The notes below the pieces were generated by a model, which searched no databases, was not told the origin of the DNA, and was given only the letters and a program-made list of their open reading frames with translations. A DNA stretch of 64,000 nucleotides from Candidatus Latescibacterota bacterium (GTDB taxonomy: Bacteria > Latescibacterota > UBA2968 > GCA-2709665): contig OZ242180.1 in the NCBI GenBank assembly GCA_965205485.1, forward strand, positions 3,680,001 to 3,744,000, written 5' to 3'. Shown piece by piece: positions 1 to 9,738 of this stretch (position 1 is its first letter; each line of letters opens with the position of its first letter). The position numbers and the translations under genes were made by a program.

Positions 1-1557
1 GATGAAAAATACGCGCGGGCATTCGTCGATCTGGCGTCCGACTGGATATCAAAACATCCGCTCGAAAGACACACCAGAACCCATCCCGTATACAAGTCAT
101 GGAAGGGGTTCGCATGGCTGGACCTGCAGACGGGCATCCGGGCCACGAACATCTGCGCGGCTTTTCGCGGGCTGATCCAGTCCGAGGCGTTCACGCCGGA
201 GTTTCTGGGCGTGCTGCTCGCGAGTGTGTACGACCATCAGACAAAAACGACGCTGATTCCCATGGGCCTCATCCACAACAAGGCGGTGTTCGAACAGCGC
301 GGGTTTATCAACGTCGCCTATACGTTCAGCGAGTTCAGGGAAGCGCGCGACTGGATGGAACTGGGGCTTGCGCGCGTGGAGGAAAACATCCTGGCGCAGA
401 CAACGACCGACGGCGTCCAGCGGGAGTGGTCGTTCGGATATCACCAGGGCGTCCTGCGCGACGCCGTGGAAATCCTCTCGCGCCTCGAAGTCTTCGATAT
501 CAAGGCGTCACAGGAATTCCTGGAGCGCGTGCAGCGGATGTACGATTACATCTTCTGGATCGCGTCGCCCGATCTGACGCCGCCGATGTTCGGAGACGGA
601 TCCCGCCCGCTCGTCGCCACGGATGACCGGTCAACGTGGCCGCTCTACGGTGAGTTGATGGGCGCGTCGAAACTGTTCGGTGATCCGAAATATGCGGCAA
701 GGGCGAATCTGGATCGCGAAGCCCTGCCGGACCGGAAGAGCCGCGCGTTCCGGGAGGCCGGCTTCTACGTGATGCGGAACGACTGGGGTCCCGATCAGAT
801 TCATCTGGCGCTGCACTGTTCTCCGCCCGCGATTTCAAGCCACGACCAGCCGGACAACGGGACGTTCGAGTTGTACGCCTTTGGTCGTTGGCTGATGAAC
901 GATACGGGCTTCTATACCTATGGTAGAGACAAGGAGGCCCGGGCGTGGCACCGGCAGACCTCGGTACATCAGACCCTGACGCTCGACGGGCGGGATATCG
1001 CCGACGACGCACGCGATCTGATGTGGGTCTCCGAGGGGGCGGACACAGACGTGCTGGTCGTTGAGAACGGGTCCTATCCCGGCCTCATCCACCGTCGTTC
1101 GGTCTGGTTCGTGGACCGTCGCTTCTTCGTTCTGCTCGACGAGGCGATCGGCGTCGCGCCCGGCCAACTGGACCTGCACTTCCAGTTTGCGCCTGGCGAC
1201 GTCTCAATCGACAGCGGGGGAAACAGGGCGTTCACGATGTTCGAGGACGCCAACGTGCTGGTGCAGGCGGCAGCCGGGTCGCCGGCTTCGATGGTCGAAG
1301 AAACGGGCTGGTTCGCGTGGGAATACGGCTATCGCACACCGCGAAAGGCGTTCCGGTTCGCACTCGACAGCCATGCGCCCACGGTTTTCGGCACCGTCGT
1401 CGCACCGTATCGAGGTACCCGCACGCCGACCGTATCGGGGGAATTGCCCGCGGGTATTCAGGCGGGAGACGATCGCGTTGAGATGACCGTCAGCGAATCG
1501 GGAAAGACCTGGCGTGTGGGAAGAGACCTGGCTTCGGGCGAGGGATGGGCGGTTTGA
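1..1557 (+). CDS. Heparinase II/III family polysaccharide lyase (5'-truncated by window edge)
   Basis: Frame 1 open from base 1 (DEKYARAFVDLASDWISKHP...); motifs QREWSFGYH, GFYVMRNDW, HDQPDNGTFEL, HQTLTLDG typical of heparinase II/III. Confidence 0.85.
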   Translation, partial: DEKYARAFVDLASDWISKHPLERHTRTHPVYKSWKGFAWLDLQTGIRATNICAAFRGLIQSEAFTPEFLGVLLASVYDHQTKTTLIPMGLIHNKAVFEQRGFINVAYTFSEFREARDWMELGLARVEENILAQTTTDGVQREWSFGYHQGVLRDAVEILSRLEVFDIKASQEFLERVQRMYDYIFWIASPDLTPPMFGDGSRPLVATDDRSTWPLYGELMGASKLFGDPKYAARANLDREALPDRKSRAFREAGFYVMRNDWGPDQIHLALHCSPPAISSHDQPDNGTFELYAFGRWLMNDTGFYTYGRDKEARAWHRQTSVHQTLTLDGRDIADDARDLMWVSEGADTDVLVVENGSYPGLIHRRSVWFVDRRFFVLLDEAIGVAPGQLDLHFQFAPGDVSIDSGGNRAFTMFEDANVLVQAAAGSPASMVEETGWFAWEYGYRTPRKAFRFALDSHAPTVFGTVVAPYRGTRTPTVSGELPAGIQAGDDRVEMTVSESGKTWRVGRDLASGEGWAV

Positions 1558-1664
1558 CTGACGTCGCCGCGTACTCGATCGGCCGCGTCAGCATACGCCG
1601 TTGGGGCGCTGTATGACAATGATCCTGAGGAGGCCGGGCCGCCTCTGGCCGGTTACATAGATCG

Positions 1665-2378
1665 ATGTCGACCGCCGGATTTCAGACGTTCGGACCGCCG
1701 CATCTGGTCGCGATGGCGTTGACAGTGGTTCTGCCGGTGCTGCTCTCGCTGATCGCGAAACGGGCATCGTCCCGGTCAGCCGCCACATTGGGCATTGTTC
1801 TGGGGGTCCTCCTCCTCGGCAACGAGGTGACCCACTGGGGCTTCCGGATCGCCGGATACGGCCCCGATGTCTTCCTCCGATATTTTCTGCCCCTTCACCT
1901 GTGCGGCATCGCGATGTTCGCGACGTCGATCGCCCTGATGTCTCGCAATCAGACGGCGTTCGAAATTGCCTACTTCTGGGGACTCGCGGGGTCGGCGAAC
2001 GCGGTTATAACACCCGGCAACCTGGCGGTTGACTATCCGCAGTACCGGTTCTTCCAGTACTTCATCGCACATTCCGGCATTGTTGCGGGGGTCCTGTACG
2101 CCACGTGGGGCCTGAAGATGCGGCCGACGCTGGGCGGGCTCTTCAAAGCGTTCGTCTGGCTCCACGTCCTGGCGGCGATTGCCGCGGTTGTCAACCTGCT
2201 CTCCGGTTCGAATTACATGTACCTCTCCTCGCCTCCGTGGGGAACGGTATCGCCCTTCTTCTTCCTGCCGTGGCCGTGGTACCTCGTCTTTCTGGACCTC
2301 ATCGGTCTGGCCATGTTTTTCCTTGTCTACGCCCCAGTCCCCATCGCCAGGTGGTGGGAATCGCGTGGTTCGGCCTGA
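1665..2378 (+). CDS. YwaF/TIGR02206 family integral membrane protein
   Basis: Multiple TM helices; LPLHLC, YFIAH, NYMYL..PP, PWPWY motifs. Confidence 0.8.
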   Translation: MSTAGFQTFGPPHLVAMALTVVLPVLLSLIAKRASSRSAATLGIVLGVLLLGNEVTHWGFRIAGYGPDVFLRYFLPLHLCGIAMFATSIALMSRNQTAFEIAYFWGLAGSANAVITPGNLAVDYPQYRFFQYFIAHSGIVAGVLYATWGLKMRPTLGGLFKAFVWLHVLAAIAAVVNLLSGSNYMYLSSPPWGTVSPFFFLPWPWYLVFLDLIGLAMFFLVYAPVPIARWWESRGSA

Positions 2379-2468
2379 CAGACCGCATGTTTTCACGTCA
2401 GGGGAGTCGCAGTCGATCCGGCTCCCGGGAAAGCGCATTCGAACCTTTGAACAGGGCAGTTCGAATCT

Positions 2469-4136
2469 CTACCTGGTCCCGCGGTCACGTAGAATCCGGG
2501 CGATTTCAGGGTGTCCTTTCTTTTCCGCCCAGGCGAGGGGCCTCGCCCAGGGTGTTCGTGCGGCAGGCCGGCGTCCGCTCCCCGTTTGAGGAGAAACTCC
2601 ACCATCGGCATGACCCGCCCGGCACGCCAGTCCGAGGGGTGTCGAACAGTACTCGGGTTCTATCGCATTGATCTCCGCGCCGTAGTCAAGCAGAAGACCG
2701 GCTCTTCGTACGTCACCCTCATGCGCGATGTTGTGGAGGGAAGAGATCCCCTGCCAGTTCCTGTAATTCGGATTTGCCCCGTTATCGAGCAGGAATTTCG
2801 CAGTTTCGTAGACCCTGAAGAACGAGCCGTGGTTCGTGCCTGATACGGCCGCGCCGTGCTTCAGGAGCAGCTTCACCATTTCCAGCCTGCCGCGCCGGGC
2901 GGGATTGCCCAGTTTCGCGTTCGCGATCTCTTCGGGGTTCTGCGTGAGTATTTCGTCGACGCGCTCCAGGTCGTTGGCGTTGACTGCGGCGCTGATCGGG
3001 GGGATGATATCCTCCCTGCCGCCGTACGATTTCATCAATTCGTAGAGCTCGGGGTCCTTTCTGGCATGGTGGAATGCCGTGCCGGTGGAGTCCACGTTGC
3101 CATTGGGATCGGCGCCGTGTTCGAGAAGCAACTCGGCGATGGCGGTATACCCATGGAATGCCGCCTCCAGCAGGGCCTTTCCGCGAGGAGCGTCGGGCTC
3201 CGGCGCATTCGGATCTGCGCCATTTTCGAGCAGAAGTTCCACGATATCGTGATGGCCCCGGCCGGCGGCGATGGAAATTGGCAGCCTGTCGCAGGTATCT
3301 CGGAAATTGGCCAGCGACGGATCTGCCTCCAGGTACTCCCGGACGCGCCGGGTGTCGCCGAACGCGGAGGCGACGAGGATATTGTAGTCCGCGCCCCTGG
3401 CGACCAGATAACCCGCCAGCGCCGCCTTCGTCCGTATGAGAATCCGGTCCCGCCATCCGGCGTAGAGCGCGACGTGGATGGGTTTCTGCCCCGTGCTGAA
3501 GCCCGTGCCGGCCTGAGCCTGAATGTCGGCGCCTTTGTCCAGGATCAACCGAGTCAGATGGAAGTCGCCGATCGAAACCGCCTCGTGAAGGGCCGTGGTC
3601 CCGTTCGCGTTGCTCAATTTGACCCGTTCAGGAGAATTTCGGACAATGTGTGCCGTTTTCTCGTAATTGCGCCCACGAACGGCATCGATGAGCTCGTTTG
3701 CAAGGGGTTCCGTTTCCCGACTGTACCCGCCACTCCTTTCGCTGATGGCCTCTTCGAGGATTTTCACGATCTCCCGGTGGTCCCGGTCGGCCGCCAGATT
3801 GACCAGCGAATCGTGAAAAATCCGTGTCCGGTAGAAGGGACTGGCGCCCTTTTTCAGAAGGTAACGGACAACCTCCGCGTGGCCCTCGCGGACCGCGAAC
3901 TTTATCGGTTGGGTGTAGTAGTGTACGCAGCGGACAAGGTCAGGGTTGGCCTCGACCAGCCTCTGAATCGCTTCCAGGTCGCCCCGTATCGTGGCGCAGA
4001 ACATCTCCCAGACCTCCGGGCCCTTGCCCTTGCTCTCCGCAATATGTCCGGAATTCTCCAGCTCCGCCGGCCTGACCATTCGTGACATCACCCAGTCGGC
4101 ATGGGTGCTATCCGTGTTCCTTGCATCGCTGGTCAT
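2469..4136 (-). CDS. Ankyrin repeat protein (last repeat locally frameshifted)
   Basis: Many G-x-T-A/P-L-H...LL-x-x-GA-D/N ankyrin repeats. Confidence 0.9.
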   Translation of the reverse strand: MTSDARNTDSTHADWVMSRMVRPAELENSGHIAESKGKGPEVWEMFCATIRGDLEAIQRLVEANPDLVRCVHYYTQPIKFAVREGHAEVVRYLLKKGASPFYRTRIFHDSLVNLAADRDHREIVKILEEAISERSGGYSRETEPLANELIDAVRGRNYEKTAHIVRNSPERVKLSNANGTTALHEAVSIGDFHLTRLILDKGADIQAQAGTGFSTGQKPIHVALYAGWRDRILIRTKAALAGYLVARGADYNILVASAFGDTRRVREYLEADPSLANFRDTCDRLPISIAAGRGHHDIVELLLENGADPNAPEPDAPRGKALLEAAFHGYTAIAELLLEHGADPNGNVDSTGTAFHHARKDPELYELMKSYGGREDIIPPISAAVNANDLERVDEILTQNPEEIANAKLGNPARRGRLEMVKLLLKHGAAVSGTNHGSFFRVYETAKFLLDNGANPNYRNWQGISSLHNIAHEGDVRRAGLLLDYGAEINAIEPEYCSTPLGLACRAGHADGGVSPQTGSGRRPAARTPWARPLAWAEKKGHPEIARILRDRGTR

Positions 4137-4252
4137 TTAAGGTCTCCTCGTTTGGCATCTCATGCGATGTGCGTCCGTTGCTCGTTCGCCTGAACCGCAG
4201 CATGCTCGTATCACTCTCCCCGTGAGGGGCAGTCGCAGAAACCTGCGTAAGG

Positions 4253-4276
4253 GTGGGGCGGACATTCCTGTCTGCC
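4253..4276. repeat. REP-like hairpin GTGGGGCGGACATTCCTGTCTGCC
   Basis: Near-identical copy at 38334-38357; GTGG foot plus short stem. Confidence 0.7.
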
Positions 4277-4361
4277 TGCCTCCGGTTTGTTGTGGCCTTG
4301 CAGGAGTCCGTTGAAGAACTCGCGGACCGGATGTCGCGTCGAAAGTTCAATCAGCGTTTAC

Positions 4362-4895
4362 CTACTCTATCTCAACGGTCCGCAGTTCCGGAACAAGCGC
4401 TCCCTGAGGTGAAACCGTGATGTACCCCATCGATACCGGAAGCCGGAAGCGGCGTGGCCCGATGCTGCCCGGATTCAGACAGCAGATCGATCCAATCGTG
4501 CTGACTTTCGGTATGTGAGAGTGGCCGCAAACCACGAGATCGAAACCCGCGACGTTTGCTTCTTCGAGGATGTGGGTGACGAGAATCCGCCGCCCGCCGG
4601 CCTGTAGCACGAGTCGTTCGCGCAGATCGCTGCAGGGCGGAACCAGATCCACGTTACCGCGGACTGCGTACACCGGCGCGACAGATTCCAGTTGCTCAAG
4701 TACCGAGATCTTTCCGACGTCTCCGGCATGGATGATCGCCCGGACGCCCTGGAGGAGCGCTATAACCCGAGGCCTCAGGAGTCCGTGGGAGTCGGAGACG
4801 ACACCCAGGCGATCGCCGGCACGGAATTGAGGCGCGTCTTGCCGGGCCGGGTGAGGACGGCGTTCCCGGGAGGACGCGGACAGTCTATCTGGCAT
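4362..4895 (-). CDS. Metallophosphoesterase, YfcE/MJ0936 family
   Basis: DSHG, HAGD, VRGNVD, GHSH, NPGS motifs; start codon uncertain. Confidence 0.85.
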   Translation of the reverse strand: MPDRLSASSRERRPHPARQDAPQFRAGDRLGVVSDSHGLLRPRVIALLQGVRAIIHAGDVGKISVLEQLESVAPVYAVRGNVDLVPPCSDLRERLVLQAGGRRILVTHILEEANVAGFDLVVCGHSHIPKVSTIGSICCLNPGSIGPRRFRLPVSMGYITVSPQGALVPELRTVEIE

Positions 4896-5238
4896 AGTGA
4901 GGCTGGTAGAGCTGTATTTCAAACCCGCCGGGCGCTTCGAAGTACGTCACCAGCCCGTAGCCGTGGTCTTCGATTTTACGCGTAAAAATCACGCCTTTTT
5001 GCTTCAAGTCAGCGACCGTGGATTCAATGTCGTCACAGTAAAAGGAGACATCCGCATCGCCCGATTTCGGACCTGCGTCTTCTTCCGTTGGATGACAGCC
5101 CATATCCGCCTCGGGGACGTCGAAGATCAACCAGCCGTCGCCCACGTCCGTGGCCGAAAACCCGAGTTTGTCCCTGATGAACGCACGGAGACCCGACGCG
5201 TCCGACGAATAAAACATGGTGTGTACGCCCTTGATCAT
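4885..5238 (-). CDS. VOC/glyoxalase family protein
   Basis: 117 aa; SFYCDDIESTVADLKQKGV and DHGYG..TYFEAPGG pattern. Confidence 0.8.
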   Translation of the reverse strand: MIKGVHTMFYSSDASGLRAFIRDKLGFSATDVGDGWLIFDVPEADMGCHPTEEDAGPKSGDADVSFYCDDIESTVADLKQKGVIFTRKIEDHGYGLVTYFEAPGGFEIQLYQPHYAR

Positions 5239-5381
5239 GGTATTTTTCTCCTGTTGAATGCAAGATTAATTCATTGCTGATGAAAGCTATGAGCCGCGCA
5301 GTGGTCTGTCCAGCCATTTTTTTTGCGTTCACGGAGATCGACGCCTGCCGACTTGGGGCGAGTTTCGAGAGGACTGAATTC

Positions 5382-6128
5382 ATGCCGGAAAACGCGCTCA
5401 TGCAGCGTGCGCTGGAGGTTTTCGCGCGCGGCTATTCCTTCACGAGGAGCTTTACACACCCTTATCCTGCAAGCCGGGAGGGTGCGATCTGGGTGGTGAG
5501 GGATGCGCAGAGAAAACGAGGCACGTACCGCCGGGAGGAGTGGATCGCCCATGGCGTTGACGCGGAAGAAATCCATCGGGTGGCCTTGGAGAATACCCGG
5601 GGACAGTACGGCATCTGCGCGATCTGTGCGGAAGGGGACTCGGACGCCGGCATGCGCGCGGATTTCAAGGCGCTCAACTATCGACTGAATTCGACGGAAC
5701 CCGTCATGGTGCATCGGCTGCGACGCATCCCGCGTCTGACGGACCCGCTGCCCATCGAACGTGTCCTCACAGCGGAAATGGCGGACAGACTGAACCGGAC
5801 CACCCGGATCAGACAGATTCTGCCGGAACATCTTGTTCCCGACGCTCCGCTGAGGCAATATGTGGCGCTCGAGAACGAACAGCCTGTGGGGTGGGTTCAA
5901 GCCATCGCCGTGGACTCGGCAACGTGGTGTTCGAACATGTTCGTGACGCAGGCTGCCCGGCGTCGGGGAATTGGAAGGGCATTGATGTGCAGGATGCTTC
6001 GCGACGACCGGTCCCATGGTTCAGAATTGGCGGTCCTGACCGCGACCCACACCGGCGCGTTGTTGTATGCCTCAATCGGTTACGTACGGATCGGAACCTT
6101 GCTGTTCTATACGCCCAAGAAGCGGTAG
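5382..6128 (+). CDS. GNAT family N-acetyltransferase
   Basis: C-terminal acetyl-CoA motif A (FVTQAARRRGIGRAL) and LYASIGY; RBS GAGAGGA before ATG 5382. Confidence 0.8.
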   Translation: MPENALMQRALEVFARGYSFTRSFTHPYPASREGAIWVVRDAQRKRGTYRREEWIAHGVDAEEIHRVALENTRGQYGICAICAEGDSDAGMRADFKALNYRLNSTEPVMVHRLRRIPRLTDPLPIERVLTAEMADRLNRTTRIRQILPEHLVPDAPLRQYVALENEQPVGWVQAIAVDSATWCSNMFVTQAARRRGIGRALMCRMLRDDRSHGSELAVLTATHTGALLYASIGYVRIGTLLFYTPKKR

Positions 6129-6283
6129 TGTACTGTCTCAGAAATAGGTTGCCTGAATTCAGCCGTCGAGTCGCCCGGCTCGCAAGGCGCCTCCGACCTG
6201 CGTAAGGCCGGCGAGGGCAGGCAACGCCGTGGGACGGGATGAATCGGCGGCTGAATGGTTGGATATTTTTGGGACAGGACACT
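6127..6283. mobile_element. MITE-like element with ~20-bp imperfect terminal inverted repeats
   Basis: Left AGTGTACTGTCTCAGAAATA vs reverse complement of right end AGTGTCCTGTCCCAAAAATA; non-coding; internal ATTCAGCCG/CGGCTGAAT stem. Confidence 0.65.
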
Positions 6284-6309
6284 GAGAGTGGACAGGAAGA
6301 GAGGCGTCA

Positions 6310-6850
6310 ATGTCAAGAGAACAGAGAATCACAGAGTTGCTGGACGAGGCCTGGAAGACCAGGGGGACGTCGGATTACGACCGTGGCAGGCGTCTCGTGG
6401 CCGAGGCGGCTGAGCTCTGCCGGCAGGACGACCACGAGTCCCTGGGCAGGGTGGCGCACGTTTACGGCCAGTTCGCAGAGGGACCACGGCAACCGGGAGC
6501 AGGCACTCCACTATTATCTGGAGGGATACAACCATTATATAGCGGGGAATCACGCGGAGAAGATGGCCCACTCGCTGCGCCACGTCGCGGACGTCCGCCG
6601 GGACCTCGGCGACCGGGAGGGCGCCGAGCACGATTACCGGTCGGCAATACGGATGTACCTTGACCTCGATCCCGCGCCAACGCACTCGCTCGCGAACGCG
6701 TACCGCGGCTTCGCAATGTTGCTCGAACGTACCGGAAAACGCGATGAGGCGCTACGCGCTTTCGTAGAAGCCCACCGGTTCTATCTGCAGGTTGGCAACG
6801 CCCCTGGCATCGAAGAAATGGGGCGTAAGGTGAAACAGCTTCAGGAATAG
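6310..6850 (+). pseudogene. Tetratricopeptide-repeat protein with a one-base frameshift near 6478
   Basis: MSREQRITELL...HVYGQF continues in another frame as RDHGNREQALHYY...; span is 541 nt (3n+1). Confidence 0.65.
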
Positions 6851-6993
6851 AGAATCACCGGCGGATTCAGGGAATCCGATCGCGCGTCTTCAACTGCAAA
6901 ATGCCATCCCGGCCGTGCAGGGGCGTCCCATGCGGGCGCCCTCGTTTGCCTGGCCTCATCACCTCCCTTTGCCGCTCTGCATTCGCATCAACT

Positions 6994-8376
6994 TCAGATC
7001 ACCGTTTGTTTCCACACGCCCTTCCGATAGCGGGTCCAGGCAAGAAGGCCCTGTGCGACGCCGGCGATGAACCAGGCGATCCAGATCCCCGTGGCATCCA
7101 TATTCAGGGTAAACGCCATCACGTAGGACAGCGGCAGCATCAACACCCACTGCGCCACAATGGTATAGTAGAGCAGGGGCCTGGTCTCGCCGCCGCCCGC
7201 CAGGACGCCTCCAACGACGATGGACAACGCGGAGAAGACCTGGGCGGCTGTAATGTACAGGAGCATCACATATCCCATGTCGATTACTGCCGCGGCGTCC
7301 GTGAACAGGTCGACGATCTCACGCGCGAAGACGCAGATGACGATGGCGCAGACGGTGACGAACGCCATGCCCAGCCGGATCGTGTTTGCGGCAAAGCGCT
7401 CCGCTTCGCCAATCTGTTTCGCCCCCAGTCTTTGTCCCACCAGCGCGGTTGCCGCCACGGAAAACGCCAGGGCCGGCATGATGCCGATCATCCGCATCTG
7501 CAATCCGATGGTCAGCGCGGCCGTTGAGGCAGTCGGCCGGCTCGTCCACCCCACCACGCGATAGATCAGAATCCTTGCGCCATTCCGGAAGAAACCCTGC
7601 ACCCCCGTCGGCACGCCGATTCGCATCATTCGTCCGATAATGTCCCGGTTGAACGGAAGCCGCCAGTTCCAGCGCATATGCACACGTGAGCGGCCGGAAG
7701 TTAGCAGGTAAATGCCGATGGCAAAGCCGACCGCCCTCGAGATCACGCTGCCGAGCGCCGCTCCGGTCACGCCCAGTTGAGGCAGACCCCACGCCCCGAA
7801 GATCAGGCCGTAGGTGAGCGGGATTTTCAGACAGATGATGAGACATGAGATCTTCAACGGCGTCCGCGTATCCCCCGCGCCGCCGAAAATCCCGCCGATG
7901 ATGTAATTGGGCATCATGACGACGATGCCGGCAAAGTAGACGCGCATGAACGGCACGGCGTGCGCCAGCACGTCTTCCTGCGCGCCAAGCAGGACCAGGG
8001 CCGGACGGGCGATCGCGCTCCCGATGAGCGCCAGGCCCGCCGACAGAAGGACCCCCATCAGGATGGCCTGCTGCGCCGTATGGCTGAGGTCCTCCCGGCG
8101 ACCGGCGCCGTAGAATTGCGCGACGAGGGTCCGTGATCCCGTGCTGACCGATATCGCCATGACCATGATCACGAACAGGACCTGCCGGCTGAGCCCCACC
8201 GCGGAGATCGCGGCAGGACCCAGTTGCCCGACCATGGAGATGTCGACAAGCCCTTCCATGGCGTCCAGCATCGACGCGGCCACAACGGGCCACGCGATGG
8301 CCCAGACCTGGCGCAGGACCGGCGCCGGGTCGGAGGGGGTGAGATCGGAGTCGGGGGGCGATAGGGGGCGGGTCAT
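6994..8376 (-). CDS. MATE family efflux transporter
   Basis: VDISMVGQLG..AISAVG, GAGDTRTPL, LGVTGAALG, VGQRLGA; about 12 TM helices. Confidence 0.92.
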   Translation of the reverse strand: MTRPLSPPDSDLTPSDPAPVLRQVWAIAWPVVAASMLDAMEGLVDISMVGQLGPAAISAVGLSRQVLFVIMVMAISVSTGSRTLVAQFYGAGRREDLSHTAQQAILMGVLLSAGLALIGSAIARPALVLLGAQEDVLAHAVPFMRVYFAGIVVMMPNYIIGGIFGGAGDTRTPLKISCLIICLKIPLTYGLIFGAWGLPQLGVTGAALGSVISRAVGFAIGIYLLTSGRSRVHMRWNWRLPFNRDIIGRMMRIGVPTGVQGFFRNGARILIYRVVGWTSRPTASTAALTIGLQMRMIGIMPALAFSVAATALVGQRLGAKQIGEAERFAANTIRLGMAFVTVCAIVICVFAREIVDLFTDAAAVIDMGYVMLLYITAAQVFSALSIVVGGVLAGGGETRPLLYYTIVAQWVLMLPLSYVMAFTLNMDATGIWIAWFIAGVAQGLLAWTRYRKGVWKQTVI

Positions 8377-8394
8377 CGGTGGGTTGGGAGGCGC

Positions 8395-9738
8395 CTATTC
8401 GATGGTACTCTCAGTGGTCAGCACGTGAATTTCGACTTCAGGCCAGTGTTTCTCGAGGATTTCGATAACGTGTTCCTTGGGTCCGTAAAACATCGTGACC
8501 AGATTTGGTTCGACGAAGTATTCTTGGAGAAACGACCGTATCTCGCCATCAGTGACGGATTTGATGCCGTCTTCACGACTCGGAAAGTCGTAGAGGGCTT
8601 GATCAACCTCACGTGACAGTCTGCGTTGCGGCGTCCGTTCGCCGTGTGTATGGGCGTCGATCACGTCGGGGTTTTCGCGTAACTCGCGGATTGCCGACCA
8701 GAATTCCGGGTTGTTGGCGAGGCCCGCGATGAATGCATGCATTTTCGTCATCAACTCCTCGCTATTCTCAATTCGAGGGTCAGCATAGATTTCGAGAAAC
8801 CTGACATCAGCTTCTCTTCGAAAGGAGCAGGAATTACCGTAAACCAGTCCCGACTCTTCTCGCAAATATTCAAAGAGCAAGCCGCGACCGGTACCGCGAC
8901 CAAGCGTCCAGGACACCATATTGGGTACGAAATTGTCCTCGCCGACGGTTCCGATTGGGATGAGCCAATGGCAGTAGACGTTCTTCAAATTGGAGTAATG
9001 CTTGAAGACGAATGCGGTATGTCCTGGAAGGCGATTTTTTTCCCGGGTCGTCGGCGACCAGTCGAAACCGCCTTTCCGGCGGTCGTTCATGATTGGCCGG
9101 AGCAACTCCGCCACCTCCGTCGAGTCGAGGTCCGAGATCGCCTTGAAGAAGACCACTTCCGCGTTCAGAAGTCCCGCGAAAAAGTGCCTGGCTTCCTCTA
9201 TGGTGATTTGCTTCATTGCTTCGCGTGAGAACCATCTCCCTACACCCACTGTTCGTGAAAGCGCGAAGTTCCGCTGGATATCGTGGTCGCCGGAATCGAC
9301 TTCCTTTTCGTAGGATTCCAGTAACTTCGTCTTTGACTTTTCAAGGGCGAGATCGGTAACTGTCATGCTGCGTATCAGATCGTTCACGATCCCAACGGAC
9401 GCTGCAAAATTCGCGGTCAGGCTGGCTATCGAAATTGTCTGGTGTTCATAGTATGTATGGAAGTCGATGTCCGTGCCCAGTGCTTCCATTCGAGCCGTGT
9501 ATCCGTGCTCTTTCGCATAGTCCTCCAAGAGTCTGGCGACGGTAGCCGCGAGCCCGGTCTTTGAAGTCTCGTCACGCATGCTTCCGCCGCCGGAAAAGAC
9601 GATGTCCAGCATCGTCAGCGGCGCACGGTTGTCATGCTGATAGAATAAGCGGTGATTGGGAATCTGCGCGGAAGCCGGTATCGCGCAAAGAACGCAGAGC
9701 GCCGCAACACTAATAGTGGTATTTACGGATTTCTTCAT
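8395..9738 (-). CDS. M16B peptidase-like non-catalytic subunit, secreted
   Basis: Signal peptide; GLAATVARLL in place of HxxEH; LFEYLREESGLVY (R/Y substrate motif). Confidence 0.7.
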   Translation of the reverse strand: MKKSVNTTISVAALCVLCAIPASAQIPNHRLFYQHDNRAPLTMLDIVFSGGGSMRDETSKTGLAATVARLLEDYAKEHGYTARMEALGTDIDFHTYYEHQTISIASLTANFAASVGIVNDLIRSMTVTDLALEKSKTKLLESYEKEVDSGDHDIQRNFALSRTVGVGRWFSREAMKQITIEEARHFFAGLLNAEVVFFKAISDLDSTEVAELLRPIMNDRRKGGFDWSPTTREKNRLPGHTAFVFKHYSNLKNVYCHWLIPIGTVGEDNFVPNMVSWTLGRGTGRGLLFEYLREESGLVYGNSCSFRREADVRFLEIYADPRIENSEELMTKMHAFIAGLANNPEFWSAIRELRENPDVIDAHTHGERTPQRRLSREVDQALYDFPSREDGIKSVTDGEIRSFLQEYFVEPNLVTMFYGPKEHVIEILEKHWPEVEIHVLTTESTIE

